Assembly (NCBI GenBank): GCA_028534125.1
Contig: CM052817.1
Location: forward strand, 20,152,001 to 20,216,000
Source: Lama glama
Lineage: Eukaryota
DNA: 64,000 nucleotides
Direction: 5' to 3'
Shown in pieces: positions 11,125 to 24,560 of this stretch (position 1 is its first letter; each line of letters starts with the position of its first letter). Position numbers and translations under genes: made by a program. The notes below the pieces were generated by a model. That model was not told where the DNA came from. It saw only the letters and a program-made list of their open reading frames with translations, and ran no database searches.

Positions 11125-14100
11125 AGGGAAGAGCTATTTTTAACAAATGGCTTTTAATAAATGGCATCTTGATACATTTGATACATACTACCTTTTTTTT
11201 TAATCAGTGCTTTCCAAACTCCCTTTATTATCTTTTTTAAATTACTAAATTGTTTAATAAAAATACAGGTCCTCACCACCTGCCCAATGCTTCAATCAAT
11301 GCACAGAATGTTAACCGAGTGTTTGTTTAGCTTAAAGACTAAACACATATATAAGCATAGATTTAAGCCCAACAGGAAAAGAAGGACCTGTTTCTATTCA
11401 TATGGATACGTATTACTTTTTGTGGGGGGTGATTTATTGTACATATGCTATATCCGAAATACATGGCCTGTCTTGTAGATCTTGCCAGTCCTAAAGATCT
11501 TTCAGGCCCCAGGCCTCAAAGAGATCACAATCTAGTTGAGAAAACTATCTTTTATTAATAGCTATGAAATAATGTGGTAGTGATTAGCTCTAATGAAAAG
11601 ATTAAGAAGGAGGGAGCAGGTTGGAGGAGGGTACAGTAAAATTAATTGAAGAAATAATTGCATTCTTGTAAAAAGACAATAGATTATTAGGAAGTGAATT
11701 TAACTGTATTGAAATGTGACCTACATTTTAGGCTACAAACAAAAACTGGCAGATTTTCCACACTCTTAAAATGAACTAAACCACAGTGGAGTGGTCCTGC
11801 TCATTTTGAGTATCACAATAAGAGATGTAAATCTCTGCGTGGACCTGGAGTCCATAGGCATTGAAGATGGATGGCTGAAGGACCCGAATCAGTCATGCTG
11901 TGATCCACTAGAATTTCACTCTCCAGTCTAGAGAAAGGGTACAGGTGATCTCATTATAGGGGCTTGCTAGAGAAAGAAGCTGAATTGTGAAATAAACTCC
12001 TGATGACTATAGTCCTCTCCCTGTGGAGAGATTTGCATCACAAAAATTCCCTCATCACTGATCTTGTCATTATTCATATTGATGGTGTCAGCAGAGGAAA
12101 CAAGAGCTGAATGTCTCTGAACAATAAACTTCTGATTTACCTTCATTTTAGTAGGAAGTTGTGCTATGTCCTGAATTAGAAAAAAAAGTCAGAAATAAAC
12201 TTTAATAAAAATCACTTAGATTGGAAGTTATGTTGAGCTTTACATTTTCCAGCAGAGCTTATGTGATTTTGTATAAATAAGTTTCCTGTGTATCTATAGG
12301 AACACACTTTGTTTACTCATTTATCCAGTATATCCAATATCATTTTAACAAGTCCCATTGTCTTCTCTTCTTTACACATGCCCAACTCTGATATTTCATA
12401 TAGAAAAGTAATGAAATAAAAGCAGTTAAACACTATTTTTGAATAGAGTATCCTTCTTATATTTCAAATGCTTTAGGACATGGGCAACCTGATTTAGCAA
12501 TCATGTCTCTTATATATATATACATACAGATTTACATAGCTATTGAACCTGATTTATGGAAAATATATTATTTCCATAATGCCTTGGGCACTTATGTAGT
12601 ATATTTGCAATAAGTGAATCTTTTAAAAATGTTTATATCAGAATCCACTTTTATCCCTTGACTGCCCCTGTAATTATATATTCAAGGACTGCATACATAA
12701 AGAGTTCAGCTCTGCACATATTGAAAGAAGCAGTGATCAATTATAGAAAAGAACAGAACCTGATGAGAGCCAAGGTCACTGTAATTTACTAGTGATTACC
12801 TTAAAAATGAATATGTGACTACATGACAAGTGACTTCCAAAAACTGCACTTTCCTAAATGTCAAGAAATTTTCCTTTTAAGAATCATTTGGCACTTGGTC
12901 TTTGCTATCATATTTCTATGAAATTACATATTTGATTTGACAACATTTGTTTATCAGAGCAGGTTGAATGTTCCATTAAAACCCTTGGCTCTCTGATGAT
13001 ATTTTTATTGAAGTGAACTGTCTATTGCCTTTTTTCAGTGCATCTGCTTCTTTTGTAGAAAGCATTAGAACAAGGACTTGTTCATTTCTGTGTGCTTGTA
13101 AAATGAGCAGTGTCCTTCCATAACATAATTAGGTATGGCAGCTCTAGCTAAGAAGTAAAGGCAAGCCACTGTAGGTGTGTTTATAATTCATTTCAGTGAA
13201 GAGATAACAAAACTTTTGACAGGATGAAACAGATCTGGCTGCCCTGGATTAAAAGAGAGGTTTAGATTTACGTAATAGTCAGTTACTTGCAAAAAGGGTC
13301 TTAAAGTGAAAAGAAAGAGCAAACTATACAAAATACGTGCCCTTCTGCAGCATCAGGAAATTGTGGAACCAATTCCACCATTTTGGGTTTTCTGTTACCA
13401 TTGGTTGAAGATTAGATTCTCTGTCAACATACAGGTTTTGACTGCACTGACAGGTACTGACTTTTGGAAGTTTATACAATAAGCAATTAATAAATAAGAA
13501 TACAATGTATTCAGTTCATTATCATAGTTACTCCAGAATCAAAGCTAGGTGAAGGCCAGGCTCCTAGAGGATTATTACATGAGCAGAGATAGCATTGTGC
13601 AGTATCATTTAGAGAAGATGGTCTAGTGTCTTGGTCATGCTAGGTCGGGATGAGGATCTGGGTACCTGTGAGAGCTGAAAGTGTATCTCTCTCTCATTAA
13701 GAGAGGAGAAAAGGAAAAGGGGGGTGGAAATACTTTTGCTACTTTATTTAATCCACATGAAACTCACTATAATCTTTACCATAATCCTGAATTGAAAGGA
13801 TTTTTTCCTCTCAATATAGCCCTGGTACCAAGCTTTGAAACTCTTTTATGAAACTGGTACTGTGAAGCCAAGAATAGCACGGTCATCCATTGACTATGGT
13901 CATAAAAATACCATATTCTGAAGAGACCAAGACACACTTCATTGTTTTAACACAAAGTAATAGAAATCTTCAGATTATGTCTGGATATACAAAAATATAA
14001 AACAAATCTTAAACTTTCTAAGTTTGATCATCCCCTCCTGTCATATATGATTCCTTGAGGAAGAAAGAAGTTCTCACATATCCCTCTTCTGATTTACCTG

Positions 14101-14626
14101 AGAAATGGCTTCCTGTGTTTCATGATATGTTAACCCCTCATGATTGTGAATCTGTGTTTCTTTCCTCCACCCATTATTGGTGCTTCCTCATCTAAATATG
14201 ATGCTCCTTTAATTACTCTCTATCTGTTGCTTGCACCTAAACAGCTTCATAGTCTTGTGCCTAAGTGGGTTTGAAATTAAAGAGTAGTGGAAGGAAATAT
14301 TTGGGAGGGAAGAAATTCAGTCGTTTTTTTTTTCCTGGAGATACACATTTTTTGTTGTTGTTCTTTACATTAATTAATTTAATCATTCATGCATTAATGG
14401 ATGCAGAATCCATTGCCTCCCATAAGCCAGGGCAGCATTAGGCACTTTATAAAGATGATTAACAAACAATCTCTACCCACAGACATACACAGGAATTCTA
14501 TAGGGAATATCAAAACCCAAAAGTTAAAGTTTTGGAATATGTGAGTTTCCAGGAGACATCAATTACACTCATTACGTCAAAACAGCATATGATAGCAATA
14601 CGCTATTTAGAGTCAGTTTAGATCTG

Positions 14627-15140
14627 TGTCTACTCAGATTCTCTGCCCATTTTTTAATCGGGTTGTTTGCTTGTTTGTTTTTGAGTTGTATGAGTTCTTT
14701 ATGTATTTTGGAACTTAACCCTCATTGAATATATGATTGGCAAATATCTTCTCCCATTCAACAGGTCTCTTTTCATTTTGATGATGACATCCTTCGCTGG
14801 ACAGAAGATTTCTAGTTTGATGCAGTCCCATTGGTTTATTTGTTTATATTTGTTTTTGTTTCCCTTTCCTGAGGAGACATAGGCCAAAAGATATTGCTAA
14901 GACCAATGTCAAAGAGCCTATGTTTTCTTCTAGGAGTCTTATGGCTTCTGATCTTCAAGTCTTTGAGCAACTTGGAGTTTTTTGTGTATGATGTTAAGAT
15001 AGTGATGTGAGACATTAGTTTGAACATGGATGTCCAATTTTCCCAACACATTTATTAAAGACATTATCCTTTCTCCATTGTATGCCTTGAGTCCTTCATT
15101 GTAAATTAGCTATCCAAATCTGTGTGGGTTTATTTCCCAG
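14627..15140 (-). mobile_element. LINE-1 late-ORF2 fragment
   Basis: Minus-strand ORFs 14836-15051 and 14699-14887 carry L1 ORF2 motifs (CWENW…, INQWDCIKL…FC.AK) with frameshifts. Confidence 0.9.
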
Positions 15141-15308
15141 TTCCAGCTCTTTTACGTATACCATCCACCCATCTTCAGATATATAGATGTGTGAATCTCT
15201 CCAATATCCTGTTACGTTTGGCCACAGAACTTTTGTTGAATTATAGTTGTAGATTGAAGGGGAGAGGAATAGAAATATCTCTTACTGCTATGATGCTGAC
15301 ATTTCTCC
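15141..15308 (-). mobile_element. Probable LINE-1 5'UTR terminus, abutting the ORF2 fragment
   Basis: Reverse complement begins ggagaaatgtcagcatcatagcagtaagag…ctctccccttcaatctacaact, resembling a CpG-decayed laurasiatherian L1 5' end as recalled. Confidence 0.55.
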
Positions 15309-15974
15309 TTAATTATCATTTTTTGGCTCATCCCATTTTATTATTTTGGCTTGCTCTAGTATTATGTATTGAAGAATAAGGTAAGAAACATGGTTTTATT
15401 TATATGGAAAATAATATTGCTGGATTTAATATTTGTGCATATCAAAAATACTCTGGAATATCTATCCCCTATGAGTCAATTATTATATAAACTTTGGTAT
15501 AGTGAATATGTGAATACATTACTTAAATATAATTTTTCCAGTATTTACTTCTTACTTCTTAAAAAAAACAGTTTTGACTGTAATTACATATTCTCAGTTC
15601 CTTACTTGAGGAATTCCCATACTTATTACCAAACTATCTTCCTATATTGTCACATTCAGTGATCTTATTTCTCTTTGCCACTTCATTCACTGCCTTCTTT
15701 ATTTTCAGAACCATCAGTATTTTCCTGCTGTGATGGAAAGAGCTGCAATATGCTTACTTTTATGTCAAAGGGTTTCATTAATGTGCCTTGGTTATCTCTG
15801 TGCTATATGAAAGCTAAATATAAAACTTATTTGACCAAATCTTATTGTTAGTCAAATTCATACTCAATTCAGTCATTCAGTTCTTCACCCTGCATCTTCT
15901 AGGATATCGTAGGATTTTTAGCTTTATTTCCAAAACAAATAAGATCTATCAAGATTAAAGTCTCACAAGTTTTA

Positions 15975-17440
15975 TCTTTTTTAATAGACCTTACTTTTAG
16001 AGCAGCTTTAAATTCGCAGCAGTGTTGAACAGAAGGTAAAGAGATTTCCTATATTCCCTGCCTTCACACAGACGTAGCCTATCCCAAGTCAACATTCCCC
16101 ATTGGAGTGAGACATAATTTATGAAACTACATTGACACATTATTTTCACCCAGAGTACATTATTTAACTAGGACTAAGTCTTGGTATTAGATGTTCTATA
16201 TGTTTGGACAAATGTATAATGACAGGTATCCATTATTATAGTATTATACAGGATAATCTCACTGCCCTAAGAAAACCTCTGTCTTCCACTTATTCTTCCC
16301 TCCTATCTATTTCAATTTTTGGCCACTACTGATCTTTATACCATCTCCATCATTTTGCCTTTCTAGAATTCCATATAGTTGGAATCACTCAGTGTTCAGC
16401 TTTTCTAGATTGACTTCTTTCATTTAGTCACATGCAATTAATGTTCTTCCATGTCTCCTGAATTCTTGATTTAGTGATAAATAACATTCCTTTGTCTGGA
16501 TATACCACTATTTATTTATCCATTCACCTACTGAAGAACAACTTGATTGCCTCTAAATTTTTTCAGCTATGAATGGAGCAGCTAGAGACATCTATGTACA
16601 AGTTTTTGTGTGGATGTAAGTTCTCAGCTCCTTTGTGCAGACACTAAGGAGTGTGATTACCAGCTTTTATGGTAAGAGTAGGTTTAGTTTTGCAAGAAAC
16701 TTCCAAACTATCTTCCATGGTGGCTCTGCCATTTTGCATTCCACCAGCAGTGAATGCAAGCTCCTGTTGCTCTATATAATTGCCAGGATTTGGTGATGTC
16801 AGTGTTCTGGATTTTGGTCACTCTAATGTGTGTGTAGTGTTATCTCGTTTTGATTTGCATTCCCCTGATTGCATGATGTGGAGAATCTTTGTGTATGCTT
16901 ATTTGTCATCTATGTATCTTCTTTGATGAGCTGCCTGCTAAGGGCTTTGGCCCATTTTTTAACTGAGTCATTTGTTTTCTTATTGTTGGATATTAAGTGT
17001 TCTTTTTATGTTTTAGATAAAATCCTTTATCAGATGTAGTTTTTGCAAGTATCCCTTCTCAGTCTATGCTTGTCTTACAATTCTCTGGACAGTGTCTTTC
17101 TCAGAGGTTTTTTTTTTTGTTTTTAATTGAAGTATAGCTTATGAATTTATTTTTTCATGGATTGTATGTAAAAAGTCCTCACCAAACCCAAGAACATCTA
17201 GATTCTCTCCTGTGTTGTCTATAGGAGTTCTATACTTTGTATAGTTTCTTTAAGTTTTTGATATATTTTGAGTTAACTTTTGTAAAGGGTGTAAGTTTTG
17301 TGTCTAGCTCTTTTTTTTTTTTTTTTGGCATGATATGGATGACCAGTTGTTCCAGGACCATTTGTTGACAAGTTTATCTTTGCTCCATTGCATTGCCTTT
17401 GTTTTGTGGTCAAACATTAGTTGATTACATTTATACAATT
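15975..17440 (-). mobile_element. L1MC1/2-like 3' end plus ORF2 end
   Basis: ttttagagcagctttaaattcgcagcagtgttgaacagaaggtaaagagatttcc… is the antisense L1MC-type terminus. It continues into antisense ORF2 (ORF 17304-17507 contains QWSKDKLVNKWSWNNW). Confidence 0.85.
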
Positions 17441-18239
17441 TTACCTTTAACTTCATTTTTGGAACAAAAATTATGAATACAAATGGAATCTGCTTAATAT
17501 AAACCACAATGTCCTATCACATACTATATATTAATGCAAAATGTAGTAGTATTTATACATGTACTGACTGATTTTATTAATTAAAATACTTCCTAATACA
17601 TTTTAAGCTCTTATCCTATTATTTATATTTTGATAATTTTTATAGCAGAAATTAATTGTTTTAGATGAAACTTAAAATGTTTTACAGATAGAAATATTAC
17701 TTGATAAATGTACCATAATTGTGATTAAATTAGCCTATACCTTATATTATTTTAACATAATGGGGAAACTATAGGTTGGTTTAATTTAGGAAAATCAGAG
17801 CTTACAAAACATAATACATAAGATGATGGTGATTATTATTCATGTTACAAAATAGGTATTTCCTTATTTAAGAAACAATGTCAGACTTTTCCTGTAAATA
17901 TCTTGTTTGTATTTTTTTCTCATTTTATCTCAAATTTTGAGGAATGTGTGTTTAGAAACATGGAAAATACATTTTCAATAGTTACCTAAGATGTAAGTAC
18001 TGACCCATTTATTATATCTTTAAATCACATTCAAGAATCAAAACTAAGCTTGATTTTTCCAGAAGCAAGATAATATTGTAGAATATAGTTTTCTAAACTC
18101 TAGGATTTGGTACACTGGTTATGTAAAATCAGCTTAGTAAACTGCACCAGATATTTTACAAATAAACTAGAGAATAATAGAAAAGAGAAATATTATTTTA
18201 TGAAATTTCAAGACCCTTAGGTATGTGCTGGAAGGTATT

Positions 18240-18793
18240 TGTGATATCTGCTATGCAGTATTTCAACACCACTTCATTCTGAAGTAAGTTTCTCATTGGA
18301 TGAGATTTGTTGGCAGAGTCATACCTTCTGAGGCAAAAAAAGGCCATTTCTCCCTCTCTCTAGATGCCCAGCAAAAACCCAATGGGCAGTGATTTTGTAG
18401 AGATGTAGGCTCTGCATTAGGTATCCATGTCTAAGATCACTGAAGCTTACAGAGGCAAGGCATAGCCATAGGGGGACTTGAGAAATTATTCACGGCTTTG
18501 ATAACATGCATAGTTAGTTGTGTCATCTGAGAGTGTCAACCAGTAGCAATGTCAGAAGTCCAGTGGCAGTGATGCCAGTGGGGGTATTTCAACCAATTTG
18601 TTCCTTAGCTTTGACCTTGGCTGTACTTTCAGCTCTCTGGCATCCCTTGGATTCTGCCTTTTATTAAACTCGTTTCCCCTGTCTTCCTGTCAGTTCTACT
18701 GGCTACATGTTATGTTTTCAATAATTTCTTTCCTGTTGACACTAGGATAATTACTGTCACCTGGAACAAAAATAAGAGTCTTGAGCTAAAATA
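18240..18793 (+). mobile_element. ERVL solo LTR (LTR33-like)
   Basis: TG start; internal cagtagcaatgtcagaagtccagtggcagtgatgccagtgg tract; 3' end tcaataatttcttttcctg…ctaggataattactgtcacctggaac, typical of LTR33/LTR16-class elements. Confidence 0.6.
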
Positions 18794-18940
18794 TTTCTGT
18801 TTTCATTTGTTTAAAATTTGAATCTTTACAGAATATTGTGTTTAAATACCTACTTCCTAAAGACATTTGAAAACTAGGTGTTATTTTTCTCTTCCTTCTC
18901 TCTCAAAGTTAAGAAATATTACTCAGAAAATTAGAAATTT

Positions 18941-19146
18941 GTAGATACCGACAGGTATATATAGAAATGGATAAACAAGTTTATACTGTATAGCACAGGT
19001 AAATATATTCAAGATCTTATATTAGCTTATGGTGAAAAAGAGAAAGAAAATGAATATATGTATATTCCTGTGTGATTGAAAAATTGTGCTGTACACCAGA
19101 AATTGACACAACATTGTAAACTGACTATAACTCATTAAAAAAAAAG
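18941..19146 (+). mobile_element. Short young L1 3' tail with perfect 15-bp TSD
   Basis: L1 3'UTR ending in poly-A. TSD gaaaattagaaattt at 18926-18940 and 19147-19161. Confidence 0.95.
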
Positions 19147-19489
19147 GAAAATTAGAAATTTTATCCATGGGTACAGAGCAGTTGTTTGCAGAATCAGGAA
19201 AAAATGTTAAGTATCCTGCTCCATAATCAGTTTTTACTATTTTACACAGACTGAAGTGTTGTAACTCACATTATTTAATTAGTTTTGTATTAACAATATC
19301 TATACAGAGGTTTACTAAACTAATAAATACTCATAAAAATAGCCATGTCAGCTATTTTTCAGCCCCTGTTTATAAAAAATCTGGTATTTAGTCACATAAC
19401 TCAAGTAAGTGAAGAAACATAGAATATAGAATTCCAAAATAGGGGTATAAAAATCACCTTTACCCAGGACTGAAATTGCTGTAGTATAT

Positions 19490-19972
19490 GGTACTGAGTA
19501 GTTATCAGAAGTAAACAAAAACATTAATTTGAAAAGATACATGCTCCCCTATGTTCATTCCAACATTATTTATAATAGCCAAGATATGGAAGCAACCTGG
19601 ATGTCCCTTATATTTTGAATGGATAAAGAAGATGTGATATATAGGTACATACACACACATACACACACACACATACACACACACACACATAGTTGACCCT
19701 TGAACAACAGGGGTTTGAACTGTGTGGGTCCGTTTTTACATGGATATTTTTCAATAAATAGGTACTCGAGGGCTATACAATCTGGAGTTGGTTAAATCCA
19801 TGAATTTGGAACTATAGTTACAGAGGACTGACTATAAAATTATACTCACATTTTCAACTGCACAGAGGGCAAGCACTCCTACCCACCTCACTTTGTTTGA
19901 GGGTCAATTGTACAATAGAATATTACTCAGCTATAAAAAAGAATAAAATCTTGCAATTTGCACCAACATGGT
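19490..19972 (+). mobile_element. L1 ORF2 C-terminal fragment, interrupted by (CA)n and a Tigger2-derived MITE
   Basis: …gaaaagatacatgctcccctatgttcatt…agccaagatatggaagcaacct…; resumes after 19912 with caatagaatattactcagctataaaaaagaa. Confidence 0.85.
19690..19910 (+). mobile_element. Tigger2-derived MITE (TcMar-Tigger)
   Basis: Terminal inverted repeats tagttgacccttgaacaa / ttgtttgagggtcaattg; TA immediately right (19911-19912). Confidence 0.9.
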
Positions 19973-20249
19973 GGAAAAAATATAATAAATATTTTAATAG
20001 GAATATCTCTCATACGTAAGCCCATGGCTGAGTGCTAATTCAATGAAAGGACATGTATACAGATAAGTAAGTGTCATCAAATGGGAAAGTTTTTCAAGAA
20101 CATGCTTAACCAAAGACAGGACTAAAATTTAGATCATCTATCATATTAGATTTTTAAGTGAATATTTTACTTATAACTTAGATTTGGGTATTTGTGTTCA
20201 TCAAGGCATACATATAAATAATAAATGAGATATATTATATACATATATA

Positions 20250-20830
20250 AGAGAACATTAAATGGTATTAGGTTCAAAGAGAAAAAGCACAATGGCAAAC
20301 TCTTGCATCTGTGCGTGTGTGTAATTGTAGATAGAGTGAACTGGGAAAGCATTACTAAGACGGTGACAAGTGAAAGAGACCTAATGAGAGGAGGGTGAGG
20401 GAAGAGCAATTGCAAAGTGCTTCTTGAGGTGAGAGCAGATATACAGGTGTGTCCAAAAAAAGTAGGATATCTGGATTGCTGGGATGGCTGGGAAAAAAGA
20501 AAACAAGGAGCAAGGGCTGAGGTTTAGGAACAAGAGATTAGAGAAGTAATGGAACGGCAGTATTCCATGTGGTCTTGAAGGTCGTATTTACAAATGTGGC
20601 TGCTGCTTTGAATGAGACAGGCTTTCACGAGAAGGTTGCATGCAGTGATATAATTAGACTTTGATTTTAACAGAATTGTTCTGGATTCTGTGGTGAACAT
20701 GGACCAACTTGCTGAGCAAGGACAGATGCAGTGAGACCACTTAGGAGTGTATAGTAAAAATCTAGGCACAAGATGATGACTGACTCACATCTTCAAATGT
20801 GGCAGCAGTTGAAAGGTTGGAGATGGAGTT
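20250..20830 (-). mobile_element. LINE-2 fragment
   Basis: Antisense L2 landmarks …gtgatataattagactttgattttaacagaattgttctggattctgtgg… and …gagaccacttaggag…tctaggcacaagatgatg…. Confidence 0.7.
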
Positions 20831-20865
20831 ACTTCACCTGCAAAGCTGCTATTGAAAAAAATCAT

Positions 20866-21195
20866 TCTTAAAATTAAGATATAATTGACATTATGTAAAT
20901 TTAAGGTATAAGCATGCTAATCTGATACATTTATATACTGCAATATAATTACCCTCTTAGCGTTAGCTAGTACCTCCATCACGTCACACCAGTAGCATTT
21001 GTGTGTGTATGTGTGGTGAGAACACGTAAGATCTAGTCTCCTAGAAACTTTGAAGTATATAATATGCATTAGAACTCCAGAACTTGTTCACCTTCTCACT
21101 GCAAGTTGTACTTTTGACCAACATCTCCCCAATTTACCCTGGTAACCACCATTCTACTTTCTGTTTCTATGAGTTCAGCTTTTTTCATCTCACTT
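20866..21195 (-). mobile_element. L1MA8/9-like 3' end
   Basis: attaagatataattgacattatgtaaatttaaggt…gtggtgagaacacgtaagatctagtctc…ccctggtaaccaccattctact. Confidence 0.8.
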
Positions 21196-22813
21196 GCTAA
21201 TTCCATATTCAGTGAAAATGTTGATACCTGACGTTTCAGTTCTGTCTAAATGCCAGCAATAAATGGGAGTGATATGAATATCTATGACGGCGCCAAACTT
21301 AACAATCTAACTGCAAAATAATTAAATATATTATTTTAAAATAGTTATTTAATCAGAATATAAAAATGAAAAAATAACAATACAGAACTTTATGTAGTAT
21401 ATTCCAATTATTTTATTGCTATGCCTATGTTTCCCTTGTCTGCTTTTGCTAAAGAGTTTATTAATCACCATATAATACTTAAATGTCTACTGCAGCTCAC
21501 TCTGGATCACTCAATGCAAAATTGCTTATGTGCATTTGACTGTGAAACAACCATCAAAAAGTACAGATTCTGATTTTACAGTTTTACCTTTGCAAATTAT
21601 ATACACTACCTTTCTTATTCTGAATTAGATAGATATTTAGATGTATGTAGATATGTTTGTTTCATATATAAATATGGGGTTTTTTTCACAACCAACCATC
21701 TCAAAAACCCTTACTCTTTCTGTTTTATCTACTTGTCCATTCCGAAAGCAAGTACTATCCTTTATATACTCCAAATCCTTCATCAGACTTTTGTGGAAGT
21801 AATAAAACTTGTATTTTAAATACCACTTATTGAGATATATCTTAAATTTTCACCTACTAAATATTTTAAGCTCTTTTATCACGACGAGCATAAAGCAATT
21901 TGAAATACATTTGAACAATTTTAAAGGCAAGAAATATAAAATATTAAAATATAGAATAAAATTCAGCTTCTTTTTTACATTTCCTAATATTAGCACATGT
22001 TAGATAATCAGAAAGAAAAATAAGATGACTTCGTTAAAAAGATTTTTAATTGTTCCAAATGCTTACCAGGTAAAATCCAACTCTATGCATAAAATCAGGA
22101 TGCTCTATAATTTTTTATCTTTGTCAATCACATTTAAATCACTTCCTCAATGATGTATTTCCTAACCTATATGTTAGTGTATATGGGTGAATACATATGT
22201 ATATGACTAAGTGTATATATGTGTTCATATACATTTATATGTGTGTAATATATGTGTGTATAATATATTAAACTCAATACTGTGGATTAAATTTAAAATA
22301 AGTTATTTTGAATCCCTTTAGAGATATATTTCTGAATAAGACAGCATTTAAAGTATGTGTTTTTATAGAATTTGGCTTTACTTAAAGAAACTCTCATAGA
22401 AAGGAAAATATAATGCTAACATCTTAAATTTCTATGTGTCCTGGTAAGTGTGCTGGTAAGAATGATGTTCTCTCTCTCAGCATTACATTCATTTGTTAGT
22501 AAAAGGACTGTAAGTGCATGGGTTATTGTATGGGTCTGTCCCCAACTTATGTGATAATATTTCAGGGCATTCACCACTTAATTTTACCATTAGACGGGAT
22601 CAATTCCAGGGAAGCCTTCTGTAGATATGTAAAGTAACCTTCTGTCTCTCATAAATCATAATTTATGTTCCTTATGTGTGAACAGAAGGTGTAAGTAAAC
22701 AAACCAATTTGTGGAAGTTAGCTATTTTTCCTCTAAATTTCAATCTCCTCAGAATCCCTTTAATTTAGCTTTTATTGATCTCTCCTTTACAGTCTTGGAT
22801 ATTTTTGTTCCCC

Positions 22814-23313
22814 NNNNNNNNNNNNNNNNNNNNNNNNNNNNNNNNNNNNNNNNNNNNNNNNNNNNNNNNNNNNNNNNNNNNNNNNNNNNNNNNNNNNNNN
22901 NNNNNNNNNNNNNNNNNNNNNNNNNNNNNNNNNNNNNNNNNNNNNNNNNNNNNNNNNNNNNNNNNNNNNNNNNNNNNNNNNNNNNNNNNNNNNNNNNNNN
23001 NNNNNNNNNNNNNNNNNNNNNNNNNNNNNNNNNNNNNNNNNNNNNNNNNNNNNNNNNNNNNNNNNNNNNNNNNNNNNNNNNNNNNNNNNNNNNNNNNNNN
23101 NNNNNNNNNNNNNNNNNNNNNNNNNNNNNNNNNNNNNNNNNNNNNNNNNNNNNNNNNNNNNNNNNNNNNNNNNNNNNNNNNNNNNNNNNNNNNNNNNNNN
23201 NNNNNNNNNNNNNNNNNNNNNNNNNNNNNNNNNNNNNNNNNNNNNNNNNNNNNNNNNNNNNNNNNNNNNNNNNNNNNNNNNNNNNNNNNNNNNNNNNNNN
23301 NNNNNNNNNNNNN
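22814..23313. other. Assembly gap (500 N)
   Basis: Run of N. Confidence 1.
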
Positions 23314-23936
23314 TCTTACCCCATGCCATTCTGCCCAACCTCCACTTGTGGGACCACTGGTACTGAATATAAATGGGACCATAAATAGGAGCTCGGCAGG
23401 CTATTTTAGAAACTCGCTGAAACTTTCTCATGCCTCTGAAAACAGATAATCTTAAGTTACTAATTTGGAATCTGATCTATTGTATAAAAACTCGTATCAA
23501 AGATTTATAAATGCCCCAGAAAAGAATTTGGCTTAAAAAAAGAAAAGACTTGGTAGAGACAACAAGAAGGAATATTATCTGTAAGCTTATTGTGTGATTA
23601 CTTGAAACTCGTTTTAGACCAAGCCTGCTCCTGTGTTATTATCACATCCCTACTTACAGAAAGAGTGAACATCCTACAAGTAAATACGGTATTTTAACTG
23701 AGACTCTGTCATCACAAGCTTATGAAAAGCTAAAGCCCAAGGGAATCAGCAATCTTCTAGGGAGGAAAACAGTTCCACTCTGTTCAAAGTTTATTCGCAG
23801 TTGAAATTAACACACGGCTTCTTTCTTTCCACATACATCGTAAGTTCCTTTGGAGTTGTGACTGGATCTGACACTGGGAATTCCGTTAATTAGATGTATC
23901 ATTTTTGTTCAGCCTCTACATTTTCTGGGTATCAAA

Positions 23937-24140
23937 AGGCAGTGTGTATACTGGTTAGAAGTAAAGGATCTGGAGCTAGACGGATCAGAGTATGAGTCCT
24001 AGCTCTACCACCTCCCAGTTGCCTGACCTGGAATTCCATTTAAAAAGGACAGAACAGTAATGACTTCAAAACTGATTAAACAAGCAAAGTGTCTTACACA
24101 GTGGTTGACCTATGGATTTCACTCAGCAAATGCTAGCCAT
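23937..24140 (+). mobile_element. MIR SINE
   Basis: tRNA-like head ggcagtgtgtatactggttag…ctggagctagac…gagtcctagctctaccac; tail ctcagcaaatgctagc. Confidence 0.7.
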
Positions 24141-24449
24141 AAGGGGCTGGAAAATGTGAGAGTAAAGATCTCTTCTACCTTTGTAGGTTTCCCTGTGTGA
24201 AACATACTCTTATTTACCGGGAAACGTTGATGTTAACACACGTATAACTAAATTGTGCCCTTTCTTTCTCAGCTCATGAAAATCTTTCTCTTTCTCATGA
24301 AATATCAAAAATATTATGACTAACCACATATGCTTATTGCCAGTTTTTCACCTCTAAATTAGTATTTTGTATATCTAAACTGTACAATTTAGCAAAAATT
24401 CCCTGTCTTTGTTTTTCTGTTTTTCTTTAAACAAAGACAGCTGTACAAA

Positions 24450-24560
24450 GGTATATTTTATATACTATAATATTCATCACTGTAAGTGTATATAGTCTGA
24501 TAATTCTTAGAAATTGTGCAATTATTCAGCCACGATAATCCAGCATTGTAATACTTCCAT
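24450..24560 (-). mobile_element. Short L1MB-like 3' terminal fragment
   Basis: tataatattcatcactgtaagtgtatatagtctgataatt…aattgtgcaatta. Confidence 0.4.

Noticed and set aside
22711..23449. Long ORFs (205-225 aa) in the ORF track
   Set aside because: Artefacts of translating through the 500-N gap. The same applies to ORFs crossing 39509-40008, 54749-54848 and 61366-61865.
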